Assembly (NCBI RefSeq): GCF_902713615.1 | Contig: NC_052149.1 | Coordinates: forward strand, 106,866,989-106,930,988 | Direction of reading: 5' to 3' | Source of the DNA: Scyliorhinus canicula | Taxonomy: Eukaryota | DNA: 64,000 nucleotides | Part shown: positions 1 to 13,183 of the stretch, one piece after another | Layout: each line of letters starts with the position of its first letter | How positions within the stretch are numbered: the first letter of the stretch is position 1 | The notes under the pieces: model-generated | What the model was told of the DNA's origin: nothing | Database searches by the model: none | Seen by the model: the letters and a program-made list of their open reading frames with translations, nothing else | Position numbers and translations under genes: made by a program

Positions 1-445
1 CATGTTAACGAGACTTTACAAAGTAACCATATATGCTTAGAAATTGAACCACAAAGCTATTGATTTATTTTGTCCAGTTTGGAAAGACTTTGTTCACGAT
101 GCCGTACCCTGACTCTTCATATGAAAAACATTTCAAAGTGGCTGTCCCATTTCAACTTTAGTGTTTGATTTTCTGCCTCTTGTGTTAAGTGCCTTGGGAG
201 GTCTTGTTACATTAAGGTATAATTGAAATGCAAGTTTTTTGTGATGATCTCTGATTCTACAAGCTGCATTTGAATCAATGAAAGTTCCGATTACAGTTTC
301 TTATTTCTTGATCACACCGAATTGAATGACCAATTAGGGCACTGAAAGAGTGACCAATCGGACAGTGAAACACTGTCCCACTGATCAACTGTTTGGAAAA
401 GAAATTTGACATCCCGGCCGGGGTCTTTACTCGACAGTTGCCATT

Positions 446-619
446 GGGCTGTTTTAGCTCAGTGGGCTAAACAGCTGGCTTGTAATGCAGAACAAGGCCA
501 GAGCACAGGTTCAATTCCCGTACCGGCCTCCCCGAACAGGGGGCGGAATGTGGCGACTAGGGGCTTTTCACAGTAATTTCATTGAAGCCTACTTGTGACA
601 ATAAGCGATTATTATTATT
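446..619 (+). mobile_element. tRNA-derived SINE with (ATT)n tail
   Basis: A-box-like tagctcagtgg and B-box-like ggttcaattccc, then tail ggaatgtggcgactagggg...cttgtgacaataa...attattatt; the tail recurs at ~18435-18530, ~48045-48125 (-) and ~60940-61030. Confidence 0.8.
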
Positions 620-1395
620 GGTGCCTCAGAACTTTTTCAGAAATGATTGGTCAGCGGCCCCATTGGGGATCGCCACTCAGGGTTTGAGATCCCTGACCTA
701 TTGGACAAGGGCTACTGTACAAAACAAAAGTGTCCGCAGGAGAGCTGGGGTTATTGTTCTAACAGTGGGATACCAATGACGTTACTGAAAATTGAACAGA
801 AAATGTCACATTGATGTAACTGATGTACTCTAGAGGTTGGGGCTAAGGCAAATTGTTGGGCCAGAGGCGATGGAGCTTTACTCTCTTTTTAACCCATGCC
901 ATGGGATTGCTTGATGCTGACCTCCATCTGAAAACATAGAATGGTTAAGTCTCTACTAATATCTCTCATCTTCACAGAAGAGAAAAAATGATGCAATTTA
1001 TCCGTCAAAACTTCTTTTGGGAAGGCTTGACTATGACATGGTCATTTTAGAGATTTCATTAGCAAATCAGTGGACCTCTGCCTGGCAACGTGAATTCTAA
1101 CCTTTTTGTTAAAGGGCATTCGATGTGGATAAATCACTATGCATTACCTCCCTCCAATATAAAAGCTTCACCTGGAACAACATAACTGAGACAACTGTGT
1201 AAAACTTAAAACCGACAAACTAACTGCAAGATGCATTGCACCAAAATATCAATAGCATTTCTGAAACCTACAACCTCAACCACATAAAAAGACAAGTGGC
1301 AGCAGATGCATGGGCCACCGTCACTTCCAAGTTCTTCTTCAAGCTTTACCATCCTGATTTGAACATATATATACTTCATTGCCTCAGAAACAAGA

Positions 1396-2007
1396 GGCTG
1401 GTTTCTCCAAAAATGGGGCGATGTCCCCACGCCGGCGTAAAAATGCTGGCGTTTCACGCCAGACTTCCTGAAAAAAATATAGAGCTTACCTTCGGGGGGC
1501 TGGCAGGGAGTGTTTCACCCAGCTTTAGCTGCGGATACAGGCCCCCGCACCTCCGGTTCCGAGTGGCCGCCCGTTTTCGGCCAGTCCCGCCGGTGTGAAA
1601 TAGACATGGCCCATCACGTCTAGCAGGGTCCTCGGAGAGGGCACGGGAAGATACGGCCCCGGGGGGGGGCCTCACCTTGGCCTGGCCCCCAGTCCGGGCC
1701 CACCAATCTGCAGGTGGGCCTGTGCCGTGGGGGCACTCTTACCCTCCGTGCTGGCCTCTGTAGGGCCCGCCGGCGCGGAGAAGAAACCCCCTGAGCATGC
1801 GCAAGAACACGCTGGCGGTTCTGCGCATGCGCGGGACCACGGCGGCCCTTCGGCGCCAGTTGGCGTGGCTCCAACCCCTCCGCCTCTGGCCTAGCGCCCG
1901 GAGTTCAGAGGACTCCGCAACTTCCGGCTGGCCTGACACCAGAGTGGTTTGCACCGTTCCTGGCGCTGGCATCGGGCCATCCGGCCAGTTGTGGGCGAAT
2001 CCCGCCC
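1396..2007. mobile_element. GC-rich MITE (Harbinger-like non-autonomous family)
   Basis: Ends in gcgaatcccgccc (reverse of the GGGCGGGATTC TIR); internal blocks shared with copies at 22625 and 63210. Confidence 0.7.
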
Positions 2008-2020
2008 ATGAAATAGCTCA

Positions 2021-2395
2021 GGGGCGGGATCCTCCGATTCCCCACCGGATTGGAGAATCCCAGGGGGGTGGCGTGAATACCGCCCCGCTGCTCCGACGCT
2101 GGCTGCCGTACTCTCCGGCGCCGCTTTGCGGATGGGGATGGGGTTTACGCCGCGCTGGTTGGGGGCCGTTGGCAGTGGCCCCGCCGGCAACTGTCCGGGT
2201 CTCGATGGGTTGAGCGGCCGCCCGATTTCGGCCAGTCCCGCCAGCGTGAAATGGACCCACCGTTCAGGGCCCACTGACCTGCGGGCGGGCCTGTGCCGTG
2301 GGGGAACTCTTTCCCTCCGCGCCAGCCTCTGTAGGGCTCTGCCATGGCCGGCACGGAGAAGAACCTCCCTGCGCATGCGCCGGAAACACGTCGGG
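2021..2395. mobile_element. Truncated second MITE copy adjacent to the first
   Basis: Starts ggggcgggatcctccg 14 nt after the previous TIR; repeats ggcctgtgccgtggggg and gcgcatgcgc blocks. Confidence 0.7.
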
Positions 2396-4100
2396 GAGTC
2401 AGATCGGGGAGGGGAGGGAACCCTGCAGAGGTGGGAGTTAGAGGTAGGGAATACTGTGGGGGAGGAGTGGTTCATCAGGGGGCGGGGGGGAGGTGGTTGT
2501 AAGGAATAGTAATGCAAAAGTCTCAAGTGGTTATAATCCTTCCATTTCTTTCGGAGTAACTATTAGTGTAACACTGGTGGAACCAACAAAAGTTAGCGAT
2601 TTAAATCGCTTTGTTGGATGGTTCCCAGCGCAGTGCAATTACCAGGGGAATTCAGTGCTTTTGGATAATTGCCTCAGAATTTCCCAGTGAGATTCCCCAG
2701 CAAAATCCTTGGGTCCCCACCAGTTTCCTCCTCTCCGCCTTCCCTCCCCCCGCCCCCCGTGCACCGCCAAATCCAACACCGGTGAGCCCAGCAGTTAAGC
2801 CACAATATTTTCTAATGTTCTGATGATTTTTCGCCAGAGGCTGCACACAGTCAGTGCCCTCGAGATTGATTTTAAATCCCTGGAGCCTCCAGACCCAATT
2901 CTGGAGTGTTGGCAACCCAGATCAAAAGCCTTCTATTGTGTTTCCTATTCCACATGACGAGGTTGTCTCTGGAATGCGAATACTTTTGCTATAAACGTGT
3001 CCTCCCACAGCCTCAATTCAAGCTACTTTACAGACAGACACAAAATTGCTTACTGGTACTTGAGGCTTCAGATATGGAAGAGCAATGTGAAAGCAGCTCA
3101 GCCCAGACACTCAGAATCCTAGTTTTAAGGCTTTACATGTTACAGGTAGAATCTAAAATCGAACTGACGGAGTGGATAGTTAAAATTAGCATCTTATCAG
3201 CCGTTTACAAATCTGCTGTCACATGGAGCCCGAATGCTTGGAAGCTGGCACAGTTCTGTGCATCACAGATCGGCCTCTAGGGCTCAAGAGCTTCATTATT
3301 TAAAGAGTTTATGTCCTGATTAGATGGCTTTCGGAAATGGTGCCAAGTTGGAACAGTTCGTGATTATTCACACTAGAGGGGGCTGAATGTGAAATTCTAT
3401 ACACAAGCACCGTCAGAAATATCCAACTGATTAGGTACGTAAGGGTGAGTAATGTTTACATGCAAGACCTGTAAGAGGCATTTCACAGGAAGCATTGCAA
3501 CAGAGTCAGCACAAACCAGGTCATGGTTCAGCACGCAAGACACAAGCCCATTTCCATAGTTTCCTGAAATAGCCAAGGGTGCACTATTTTAGGTTGATTT
3601 CCACCGCATGGACCATCTGCTAGAGTATTTTCCCAAAAAAAAAACAGCTTCAATTTTTTGGCTGACTGAAGAATGATAGGACAGCAAGAAAACTTTGTTC
3701 ACTTTCAACTCCAGAAGGAAACCCAATAAATGGTGACATCATCATCGCAGCAAGTCAGATTAACCAAAACGAAACATACAATGTAGATAAAATACTGGAT
3801 TGATTTTATTTTGTCGCTTTTCAATATGCCAAAATAGATGCAGAATAACTGTTTAATGTTAGCGGAAATTTTTAAACATTGTTCCATTTTGATCTACTCA
3901 GAAAAGATCGACTTGGAGGAACCTCCTGAATGAAGGGACACACTTCTTCTAGGACACCAGATGGCAAGAGGCGGTCTGAAATAATAATGTAATAATAATA
4001 AAAGGAGCCTGAGAAAGGAATACCAGCAATGAAGAGTCCAAGGATTGACGCCATCTCCTGGAAACACCTGCCAAGTGTACGGTCAAAGATGTGGCTCTAT

Positions 4101-4268
4101 GGGCAGCATGGTAGCACAGTGGTTCACACTGTTGCTCACGGCGCTGAGGTTCTGGGTTGGATCTCGGCTCTGGGTCCATGTGGAGTTTGCACATTTTCCC
4201 TGTGTCTGTGTGGACAACCCAAAACGATGTGCAGGCTAGGTGAATTGGCGACACTAAATTGCCCCTTA
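4101..4268 (+). mobile_element. HE1-type V-SINE, 3' truncated
   Basis: Head gggcagcatggtagcacagtgg, V-domain tgtggagtttgcac, aaattgcccctta. Confidence 0.7.
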
Positions 4269-4484
4269 ATTGAAAAAACGAATTGGATACTCAAAATTCT
4301 TCTAAAAAGATGCGGCTCTAGGATCAGCCTCATCAGCCATGCAAGAATCCACAGAACCACGACCTGTAACACAGAGTTTCTTAGGTGAACAATCATATTC
4401 GCTAATGAGTGATCACTGAACAAGATAAAAAGGTCAAGTGATGATGATTCTTTGCTATGAGGTTAAGATGTAGTAATTTACCAG

Positions 4485-4810
4485 TGGTGGAACGGTGGGA
4501 CTGTGGTTAGCACTGCCACCTTATAATGCCAGGGACCCGGATTTGATTCCGACTTCAGCTGACTGTGTGGTGTTTTCACATTCGCCCAGTGTCTGCGTGG
4601 GTTTCCTCCTGGTGCCCCTCTTTCCTCTTACAGTCCAAAGATGTGCAGGTTAGCTGCAATCGCCAGGCTAAATTGCCCCTTAGTGTCCAAATGGTTAGAT
4701 GAGGTTAGAGGGTAGGGCGCGGGTTTAGGCCTCGATAGGGTGCTCTTCCGATGGGTCAGTGCAGAGTCAGTGGGCTGAATGGCCTTCTGCGTTATAGGGA
4801 TTCTATGATT
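4485..4810 (+). mobile_element. HE1-type V-SINE
   Basis: tRNA-like head, V-core gtctgcgtgggtttcctcc...cagtccaaagatgtgcaggttag, tail gggctgaatggcctt...ttctatg. Confidence 0.8.
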
Positions 4811-6994
4811 TCACATTTGCAGCCCGGGTGAAATGTGGGGATTGATTCCTCAACACCATCCTGCAGGATTTCCCTAATTTCCGTTTGAATTACACACCTG
4901 ACATGGATCGGCGGCGCATGAATGCAAAGAAAGTGGCCTACTCCAGCCAGCTTGGAGAAAAACAGGCTGCACAGGACATCCATTCCCACCAGGAGCTCTG
5001 CTGCGCCACTGGGAAACACATCAACCAGTCAATACCGATGTGAACTTGTTTTACGAGTCATTGAACACCTTGACGTACAGGTCACATGATAACAGGTTAA
5101 TCACTTGCCACACAATGTTCGACTAAGAGAAGTCAAAACATGCCCTTCACCTGGTCATCTAAGACATGTGTGCCGTGACTTGCTGTCGGTGTGAAGGTTT
5201 CATCAAACGCAAGACCTGACCCGGCTCCAGCGCAAGCGAGCGCGAGCAGGAACTTGCCTCCTCCAGGGAGAGCGAGTGCCCCCTCAAGCTTCACCGCCAA
5301 ATCAGCCCCAGTGCTGAGTTTCAACAGTGTCCGTACCCCTTGATGACACATAGTCCTAACGAATAATGCAGGGCGAAATGTTTGTTTTCCTTTACTTGTC
5401 CCCCCCCCCCCCCCATTTAAGTAAGGAAAGATGCATGTGTACAAACATATATTAAAAAAACTGCAATTCTGGTTATACAAAAAGCCTCATTCAATATTTC
5501 CATTTCAAGTTTTCTTTAAAACAGCTGCTAGAAAAACACTCAAAACACACTCACTTCCAACTATTTTTCCCGCTCCCCCGCTCTATTTCAGCCAAAATAT
5601 ACTAACCAACAAAGGAAAAGAAGCCATTCTTCTGGACCATATTTTGCACTTGCCTCAGCACGAACCACAGTGAGAAGCAGATAAAATGGGAATGGCGCAA
5701 GTCATTCTTGCAGTGAGAGGTGAGATCCACCAGGTATTCCACTTTCATTTCAGACTTTCCCCGCTGAAGCAGAAATCTGCTCAGACCTCAAACCAAATGT
5801 CAGCCTGTTGCAGAGTGCTCGCACGATGCCTGTCCCTGGATGAGAGAAAGATGAATTCCCTTCCCGATGTTGACAGAGGAGATGTTCAAGCAACAATTGA
5901 CGGAAGTGAGTTGCTTAGCTGGTTTAATCTGCATCATGCTCCCACACAGACTGTGTGACTCCTACTCTGGAGGAGGGAGAGAGAGAGAAAAAAGCAGCTA
6001 ACTTGGCGGTGCCAAGAAGCTACTCCAGATTTCCAACAATCTTTTCACATTTGACACAAGTGCTTCTTTGTCGTTCTCGCTTTGTCTGATACATCCAAGT
6101 AACGCCTAAGCCAAAAAGTCCACATTCAACAGATTAAAAAGATATCCAAAGTTCTTCAATTGTAAAACAAAATTGAATTCTCAACATCTCGTCACAGACT
6201 TAGTAAAGAAAAGAGGCAATCTCAAAAAGTACCAAAGCATTCCTAAGTGTTGGTGTCATTTTCCAAGTGTAAAAACAAAGTTTGAGGACTTGTAATGCTT
6301 CCAGAGAAAGTTCTGAAGATAATAGAGACATTAATGGCTGTATTTCAAAGCTGGGTTAATCAGCCAGTGTACCTGCAAATTTTGGCAATGGCCAATCTAA
6401 TTTAAACTCAGGTAAATGAGCAATTGCAAATACATTTTAAATACACAAAACCTAGGCAGCCAAATAGTGCTCTCTCTCTCTCTCTCTCTAATGAAGTGAG
6501 TAACTTAAAAACAGACTATTTTGTTCAACTTGAAGATAACAAGTAGTAATTTGCAAAACATACAACTTGTGAGCCCGGTCTCTGCATGGATGTGTATTTT
6601 CTTCATGGGGGCTGCTGCCCTGGTTTATGTCACTGTTTTTTTTTCTCTTTTCCACTCCATCCAGAACCAATAAGGGAAAAGTACGATCAAGTTACAAAAA
6701 ACAAATGAACAGATATAATTCCATGAAAGCAACATTCAAAGTTCTGCTGCACTCCATATCTAGGATTCCTTGAACATTACACATTTAGTCTGCCAAAGTT
6801 TGAATATATAATGACAAACAGTAGAAAGCAAACACTTTTAAAGTGGAATTGGTTACTTGAAAAAGAAAAGCAGTTATGGGGAAATTGCAGGGGATTGGAG
6901 ACTATCTGGATAGGTCTTTTAAGACCATAAGAAATAGGAACAGGAGCATGCTATTCGGCCCCTCGAACATGCTCTGCCATTCATTCGGATGCAT

Positions 6995-8128
6995 ATGAAT
7001 TATTCCTGAAGCATATAGGCACAGATTTCAGAATTTGGGGAGACAGCCAGGCCAGACTTATGCAGAATTTGAAATGGTCAAGCAGCACAACTTTAATAGG
7101 TGGACGTGAGCATTGGGAGTTGAAACTGCCTATGAGGCTCTGAGAGAGGTAATTTTCCAAGAGGAATTTAAGAATTCTCCACCTTCTATAATAAGAACCC
7201 ATGTTGAAGACCAGAAGATGAAAACTGCTAGGCAAGCAGCAATTATGGCTAACGATAATGATCTAATTCATAAATTTAAACCTTTGTTCTATTACCCTCA
7301 TAATTTTGAAAAGGATGGGAAGTGGGAGAATGAGAGGAAAGCTAGTAATCAAGGTAGATAATGGATATTTGGAAATGCTAAGAGATAACCTCCTCAGACT
7401 AGGAAGAAAGGTACTGTGGGTGGAGGTGAGACTTGGAAGCCTAGGTGGCACCATTGTAATAAGTTGGGACATGATCGTTCAGCATGTTGGAATTTGCAAG
7501 GAAAGCTCATGGGATTTGTGGGTGTTTATAGGGAGGATTCTGAAAAGGGCACAAAATTGGAGAATACTATGGCGCAGGCCATAGCGTTAACTGGACTTAG
7601 GAAACCTGAGGTAAACAATGTAGTGGGAGCACGAATGAGTAGGATGAGAGATATGCCAGTTTTATGTCTAAGTGGAAGGTCACCCCGTTTTCCTCAACTG
7701 ATGTAGCCAAATCCGTAATGATTTTAAGGGCTACAAGGGCTACTCAAACTCGAGTGCTGGAGAAGGATTTGGTTTTCCCTCCAGAGAGTGCAGTGAAAGC
7801 TGAGGTATTAGCGAATGGGATATGTGGAAGCTGTATCCCCATTCCATTATATGAAGTGCAATTGGAGTGTGACTTAGTGTCAGGTCCAGTAGTTGTTGGA
7901 GTGGTCAAGGAATTTCCAGTGGAATGGGTAGACTTACTTTTAAGGAATGATTTAGCAGGAGTGGAAGTAGTAGTTCACCCAGGATTACGGATAGTTCGGA
8001 GGAAGTATTTCAGAGAGTACATGAGATGCTAACAGTAGGGCATGAGGAGATAGGAAAACTCATTGGGCAGTAGATGATTCAAAGAGAGATGTTGACAGCT
8101 GTTGATCAAATTACAGTGGTACTGAACC
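6995..8128 (+). mobile_element. Decayed Gypsy (Gmr1/SCAN-type) gag-protease
   Basis: Frameshifted pieces: ETAYEALREVIFQEEFKNSPP..IRTHVE (SCAN-like gag), HCNKLGHDRSACW (zinc knuckle), VMILRATRATQT...VDLLLRNDLAG (aspartic-protease-like, DTG degenerate). Confidence 0.75.
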
Positions 8129-8312
8129 AGATTCTGCGCAAAGGGTGGAGGCCCTTTGGCGCTGGTTGGCATGGCGCCAACCACTCCAGCACCGGCCCAG
8201 CCCCTGAAGGTGCGGAGGATTCCGCACCTTCGAGGCGGCACACGCCGGAAGGGTTCACGCCACTCTTTGGCGCCAGTACGGCCTACCTGTCGGATACCGG
8301 AGAATCACGCCC
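8129..8312. mobile_element. Right-end fragment of GC-rich MITE
   Basis: Ends ccggagaatcacgccc; ggcgccaaccactcc block shared with the 22625 and 63210 copies. Confidence 0.7.
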
Positions 8313-8326
8313 ATCGTGTTTCAAGT

Positions 8327-8560
8327 GATCATTTAAATCCTTCTTAAATGTTGTGAGGGTTCCCGCCTCTACCACCATATCAGGCAGTGAGGTCCAGATT
8401 TCCACCAACCTCTTGGTGCAAAGGGTTTTTCTTCAAATCCCCTCTAAATCATCTGCCACTTCCCTTAAATCTATGCCCCCTGGTTATTGACCCCATTACT
8501 AATGGGAAAGGTTTCTTCTAGTCTACCCTATTAATGCGCGTCATAATTTTGTACACCTTA
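8327..8560 (-). mobile_element. CR1/HER1-like LINE 3' ORF2 fragment
   Basis: Antisense CR1-type blocks (ctaccacc..tcaggcagtg..ttccagat, cccctctaaat, cttaaatctatgcccc). Confidence 0.55.
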
Positions 8561-9286
8561 CTTATACTACCTTCAAACACTACACCAATACAGTTCGGAT
8601 CTGCGTATCAACAAGTACCAAACATTGTAAGTGCTTAATAAAAAGCCACTGTGTTGACAATTTTACTGGACCCAATTTTGGGGATGTAACCAATTTGGAA
8701 ATAGGGCTTAACCAGTATCTCGAAGAGTCACAACAGGACGTCCCCAAAATCAATTGTCTCTTAAGTTAGACCAATGCTTGATGATGGGGGAAGTCTGGCC
8801 AGATTTTACTAAAAGTACTATTAGTGTTCATCCACATTTCCCCAATTTCAATTCTCTTCCCACATCTAGTGGTGCACTAAGGCAGATTTTGTCTGTTTCC
8901 ATAGCTAGTTATTCCTGGAACAAGTCGCTAGTCTGTCACCAGAGGCTTATATCTTGAGGGGCACCACTCTGCATCAAACCCTTACCACCTGCCATTGGCG
9001 TGTTAGAAGGTTTTGCAGGTTGACACTTAATGTGTTTGGCCATGTAATGAAATCACTTTCCTTGGCCATTAAGTCCTGGGGTGGGACTCAAACCCAGACG
9101 TTCTGGGGCCAGGAGCAGTGAGCACTATGCTACGAACTGAACCACAAGACCGGCCCACTTTGAGAGCAGAGTAAAAATCAACAACTATTAACATTTCAGA
9201 ATTTTAAATTAATTACATTAATAAATGCACAAGACTGTAGATAGCAGTTTTCAGCACAAAACTAGCATCACATTGAATTAAACAGT

Positions 9287-9412
9287 GGGCGGGATTCTCC
9301 GGCTGCGTCCACCAGGTGACCAAAGAATCCCACCCGAGGTCAAAGGAGTTATCCATTGTTCGCATCTTGCTCGTGATGTTCTTGCGGCGGATGAAACAGA
9401 AGAATCCAGCCC
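9287..9412. mobile_element. Short (~126 bp) MITE with 3-bp TSD AGT
   Basis: agt|gggcgggattctcc...gaagaatccagccc|agt. Confidence 0.75.
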
Positions 9413-9458
9413 AGTGTTTTAAGTAACTTTTCTAGTTCTTGTACAAAAACAAAGCAAA

Positions 9459-10055
9459 GGGCGGGATTCTCCGTAGTCCGACGCCGAAATCGGGATCCGC
9501 GATTGGCCAGAGAATGGCTTCCCACACCGGAATCGGGGTCAGGCGCCAGTTTGACGCCAGTTCACGAGGTTCCGCCCCTTCCAAATTGGCATAAGTGGAC
9601 CGCGGGCACCCGCAACACTGTTGGCGCGCCATCAGCCAGCCAACCCCGTGAAGCTCCGCCCCTGGTGGACCTAGTTCCCAATGGCACGGGCCACGTGTGG
9701 TCCCAGCGGTCGCAAACCTGACGTTCCGGCTGCGGACAGTGACAAGCGCGCCACACTCAGCTGGGGTCCGTGCCGCTGGCCAGGGGGCTTCTGCTAAGGC
9801 TGGGGGAAGTGGTGGGGGGTGGCCAGAGAGTGGGCTGTGAGTTTGGGGTGGGTGGGTAAGTGGTCCAGCACGGCGGGCACCATTTTTCCCCCGCGGCCGG
9901 TGGGTGCATCGGTGTGCGTGGCTGCAGGTTTTCAGCCCTGTGCATGTGCATCCCAGGACCCGGCGATTCTCTGGCCATTCTCTGCGCGATCCGCAGGTGT
10001 TCCAAGCAACGTCGGTGCAAGCCCCTCACCGGTACCGGAATTGGGATGGCAGGGG
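9459..10055. mobile_element. GC-rich MITE, right end eroded
   Basis: Starts gggcgggattctccg; CpG-rich interior. Confidence 0.65.
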
Positions 10056-10586
10056 GAAGGGTGAAGAACAACTGCAGAAAGACCATATTTGCACTGATGA
10101 ATGCTCGCACACCAGAACACAATGAGGTTTCCTTTCCAAAGATGCTGCCAAGACCTACTCAGAACATTTCCAACATTTTCTGCTTTTTTGTCATATTTCC
10201 AGCATCCGCAGTATTTTGTTTTTGTGATGTTTGTGACCCATGATCTTGCCCATCACCCTTAGTCTTGCCAAGATATGAAAATCCGCAGCAATTTTGAAAT
10301 TCAGCACTTTAGTTTGACGAAAAAAATACATTCACAGAAGACTACTTATCCACATTAATTTCCTAAATGGCAGTTGCCTACAGTCACAAAACAATCCAGG
10401 CACCAAAACATTGCTTCTGCTGTATCATTTGAAGATGAACTCAGTAAACCTCAAGACCCCCCCCAATGTAATAACTCAGCTTTGATTCCTACAAATGTCA
10501 GCGACTTAATCCCACAGATCTATCAGTTTAATCAGTTTACAGTTGGACCTAGAAATTCCACCCGTCATATTCCTCTGCTAGGCCAG

Positions 10587-10838
10587 TGTGAATGATGCAC
10601 AAAAGAACATCTAGTACTTGACTCGTTAAAATAATTTATTGTTGAAAAAATTGCGTGGTAAAGATAACTGGAATAAATATATTACAAACTACTAAAACTA
10701 ACCAACTAACTATACCACAAGCACAACTTACTCCCTACTCTCGCGACATAGAGCTGCACGTTACACTTATACTGCCACCTGCTGGTCGGATGTCGTGTAC
10801 AATATTATACACAGAATTGCTTTATGCATATTATCACA
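10587..10838. mobile_element. Probable solo LTR
   Basis: TGTGA...ATCACA ends; no TSD found. Confidence 0.35.
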
Positions 10839-11436
10839 CCTCCTATCTCTGCTCATATAGAAGCTTGACATTTAGTGACAGCTTAATTTTGCTGTCCAGG
10901 TTACCCTAGCAGTATATCACCAATGTGCTGCCATAGTCTTGTAGGAATGATTTGTTGGAAGTGTCACCAATACTGTTCTCAGCAGCACAGGAATAGATTC
11001 CTCTGATGCAGCAAAAAAGGTTCTGATAACCTATTTGCTAATTATTTGCCACTATTCTGATTTTGAATGAAAAGGATCTTTGGCTATAAGGTACTTACTA
11101 TGAATGGTATGTATTTATTATTGAAAGAGTTATAGGGAATTCTGTTTTTGAGAGGATGGATGAAGCCAATCATTTCTTGAGGTGCCTTTCACTTAATTTG
11201 TTGTGCGTAATGCACGCATGTGGAAGTGTTTGAGATGGAATTTTTAATCTTTTAATTGATTTCCGATTAGGCTGAACTTATCTTGACATCAAATTCTGTC
11301 CTTCATAGCACCTTTTATGATGCATGGGATGGCACTGGCCTGATCAGAATGTTGTTACTCAGATTTTGCAATCCAGGAGTACCCATTCTCTCAGTGTAAC
11401 AAGACAGTAAATATAGGCGAAGGGAATTTTGAGTAT

Positions 11437-11757
11437 GGGCGGCACGGTAGCACAGTGGTTAGCACTACTGCATCACCGCTCCAGTGACCTGGGTTAAATA
11501 CCGGCCTTGGGTAACTGTCTGTGTGACGTTTGCACGTCCTCCTTTTGTCTGCATGGGTTTGCTCTGGGTGATTCCCTCCCAAGTCCAAAGATGTACAGGT
11601 TAGGTGGATTAGCCATGCTAAATTGCCCCTTAGTGTCCAAAGGTTTAGGTGGATTACTGTGTTACGGGGATAGGGTGGAGGAATGGGCTTAATAGGGTGC
11701 TGTTTCCAAGGGCCAGTGCAGACTCGATGGGCTCCATCTGCACTGTAAATTCTATGA
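11437..11757 (+). mobile_element. HE1-type V-SINE
   Basis: Full head, V-core and cactgtaaattctatg tail. Confidence 0.85.
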
Positions 11758-12999
11758 GCACAAATTACTCGAAGTTTAAGATTACAAAAGTGTATTTTTT
11801 ATTTCTGTTGTTCGCAACCGTACATCAGTCCAATTATCTCCTATTGATTCAAATGGACTTTGCCACTATGTGCCAGCTGGAACACTTAGTTCTCTGCCGT
11901 ATCACAAGTGGCTGCTCCAGCTGAGGCACTTCCTGTACATGTGTTGCCTAATGCATTCAGCATAATTTGAGGCAATCCAGCTCCCTAGGAGCCAGTGAGA
12001 CCCATAGTCAACTGAGCCGATATTTAAACATTTTAATGAGCAATCTGGAGTATGAAATGTGAGTGACACCCACATGCATCTGACAATGGCATTCAGCAAG
12101 TGGAACCTCACTCTTCCCGTTAAGCTGCAGTTGAAAACAAATGCTTTTCACAGCAAAGATTGCTCACTTGCCTACACAACAGGTCACTCCGCTGCCAACA
12201 CCACTTGGTGGCAGGTCAATGATGGGATTTAACATTTATACTTAGTTATGACAAATTATCAAAACGCTGTAGACTAGTTTTTGTACCCCAAATGAAGTTG
12301 ACAACAGATCAGAAAAAGCACACAAATTTAAGTAATTTACAACACAGAGGCTGTTGATGAATAACCAGCTCCAGATAGCAAAACCCAGAAACATCCTACC
12401 CATAACAACTTGGTTGCTCACTGCTTAGCTAGTTGAGCTGCAAATTTGAGGAACAGATATTTCCCCACACAAGCTTAAGTGTTGAAGATACACCCATGAA
12501 CCAACTGCAAAATCGCAAAAGTTACATATCTCCCATTCAGACCAACAGAGTATGAACTCATCTCCTATTCCATAAACATTAACTATTCTCTTCCTCTTTA
12601 AAATAGAACATTTTCCATTGTTCTAGCAAATGTACCATAGAGAAAATATTTGCAAGCAACTACACAAGCCAATAAATATGCTGCTCCATTATCCTTCCAT
12701 ACTTGAAAACAAAGACTAATAAAACCAATATCTTCTCCACAGGACAGACACACTTTTAAGAAATGTAGAAATGGGCAAAATATGTGTAAACCCACATTCT
12801 ATTTAGGATTTGGTACAGTTCTGATGAAATGAGGTCACCTTGATGATGGACAACAAGACAATATAACTCTACACAAAATAAGCATAGGTATTTTAAATTA
12901 TTTTAGTTCTATTTCTAATGTGAGCCACATATTCCCACATAAGGTTAAGGTGTGGTATAGGAGCAGAATGCTGCAAGCATTCTTATTCATCTGAATATG

Positions 13000-13183
13000 A
13001 TGTGGAGATGCCGGCGTTGGACTGGGGTGAGCATTCTAAGCATTGTCTGGCATCTTTGAATTTGTCTATATAGATGTTTCTGGAACATACCTCTTCCTTC
13101 ACCTGAGGAAGGAGCAGTGCTCCGAAAGCTGGTGTTTGAAAAAAACATATTGGACTTTAACCTGGTGTTGTAAGACTTCTTAC
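13000..13183. mobile_element. Penelope-like terminal remnant
   Basis: gatgtggagatgccggcgttggactggggtgagca plus ctgaggaaggagcagtgctccgaaagct...ctggtgttgtaagacttcttac, resembling a common shark Penelope-associated repeat (recalled, not searched). Confidence 0.5.

Noticed and set aside
446-530. tRNA-like cloverleaf with GTA anticodon-like loop
   Set aside because: Irregular arms and it runs directly into a SINE tail repeated elsewhere; a SINE head, not a tRNA gene.
1206-1270. Minus-strand ttcag|AAATGCTATT reading RNAI, reminiscent of an RGL1 exon start
   Set aside because: The following residues (DILVQCILQ) do not match RGL1 ASILRAWLDQ and a stop follows.
1454-2526. Long GC-rich ORFs here and at 9.4-10.2, 22.5-23.4 and 63.2-64.0 kb
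   Set aside because: They arise from stop-poor MITE sequence; Pro/Arg/Gly/Ala-rich with no domains.
2583-2617. Small palindrome ccaacaaa..agcgatttaaatcgctttgttgg
   Set aside because: Short and probably internal to a small repeat; too weak to interpret.
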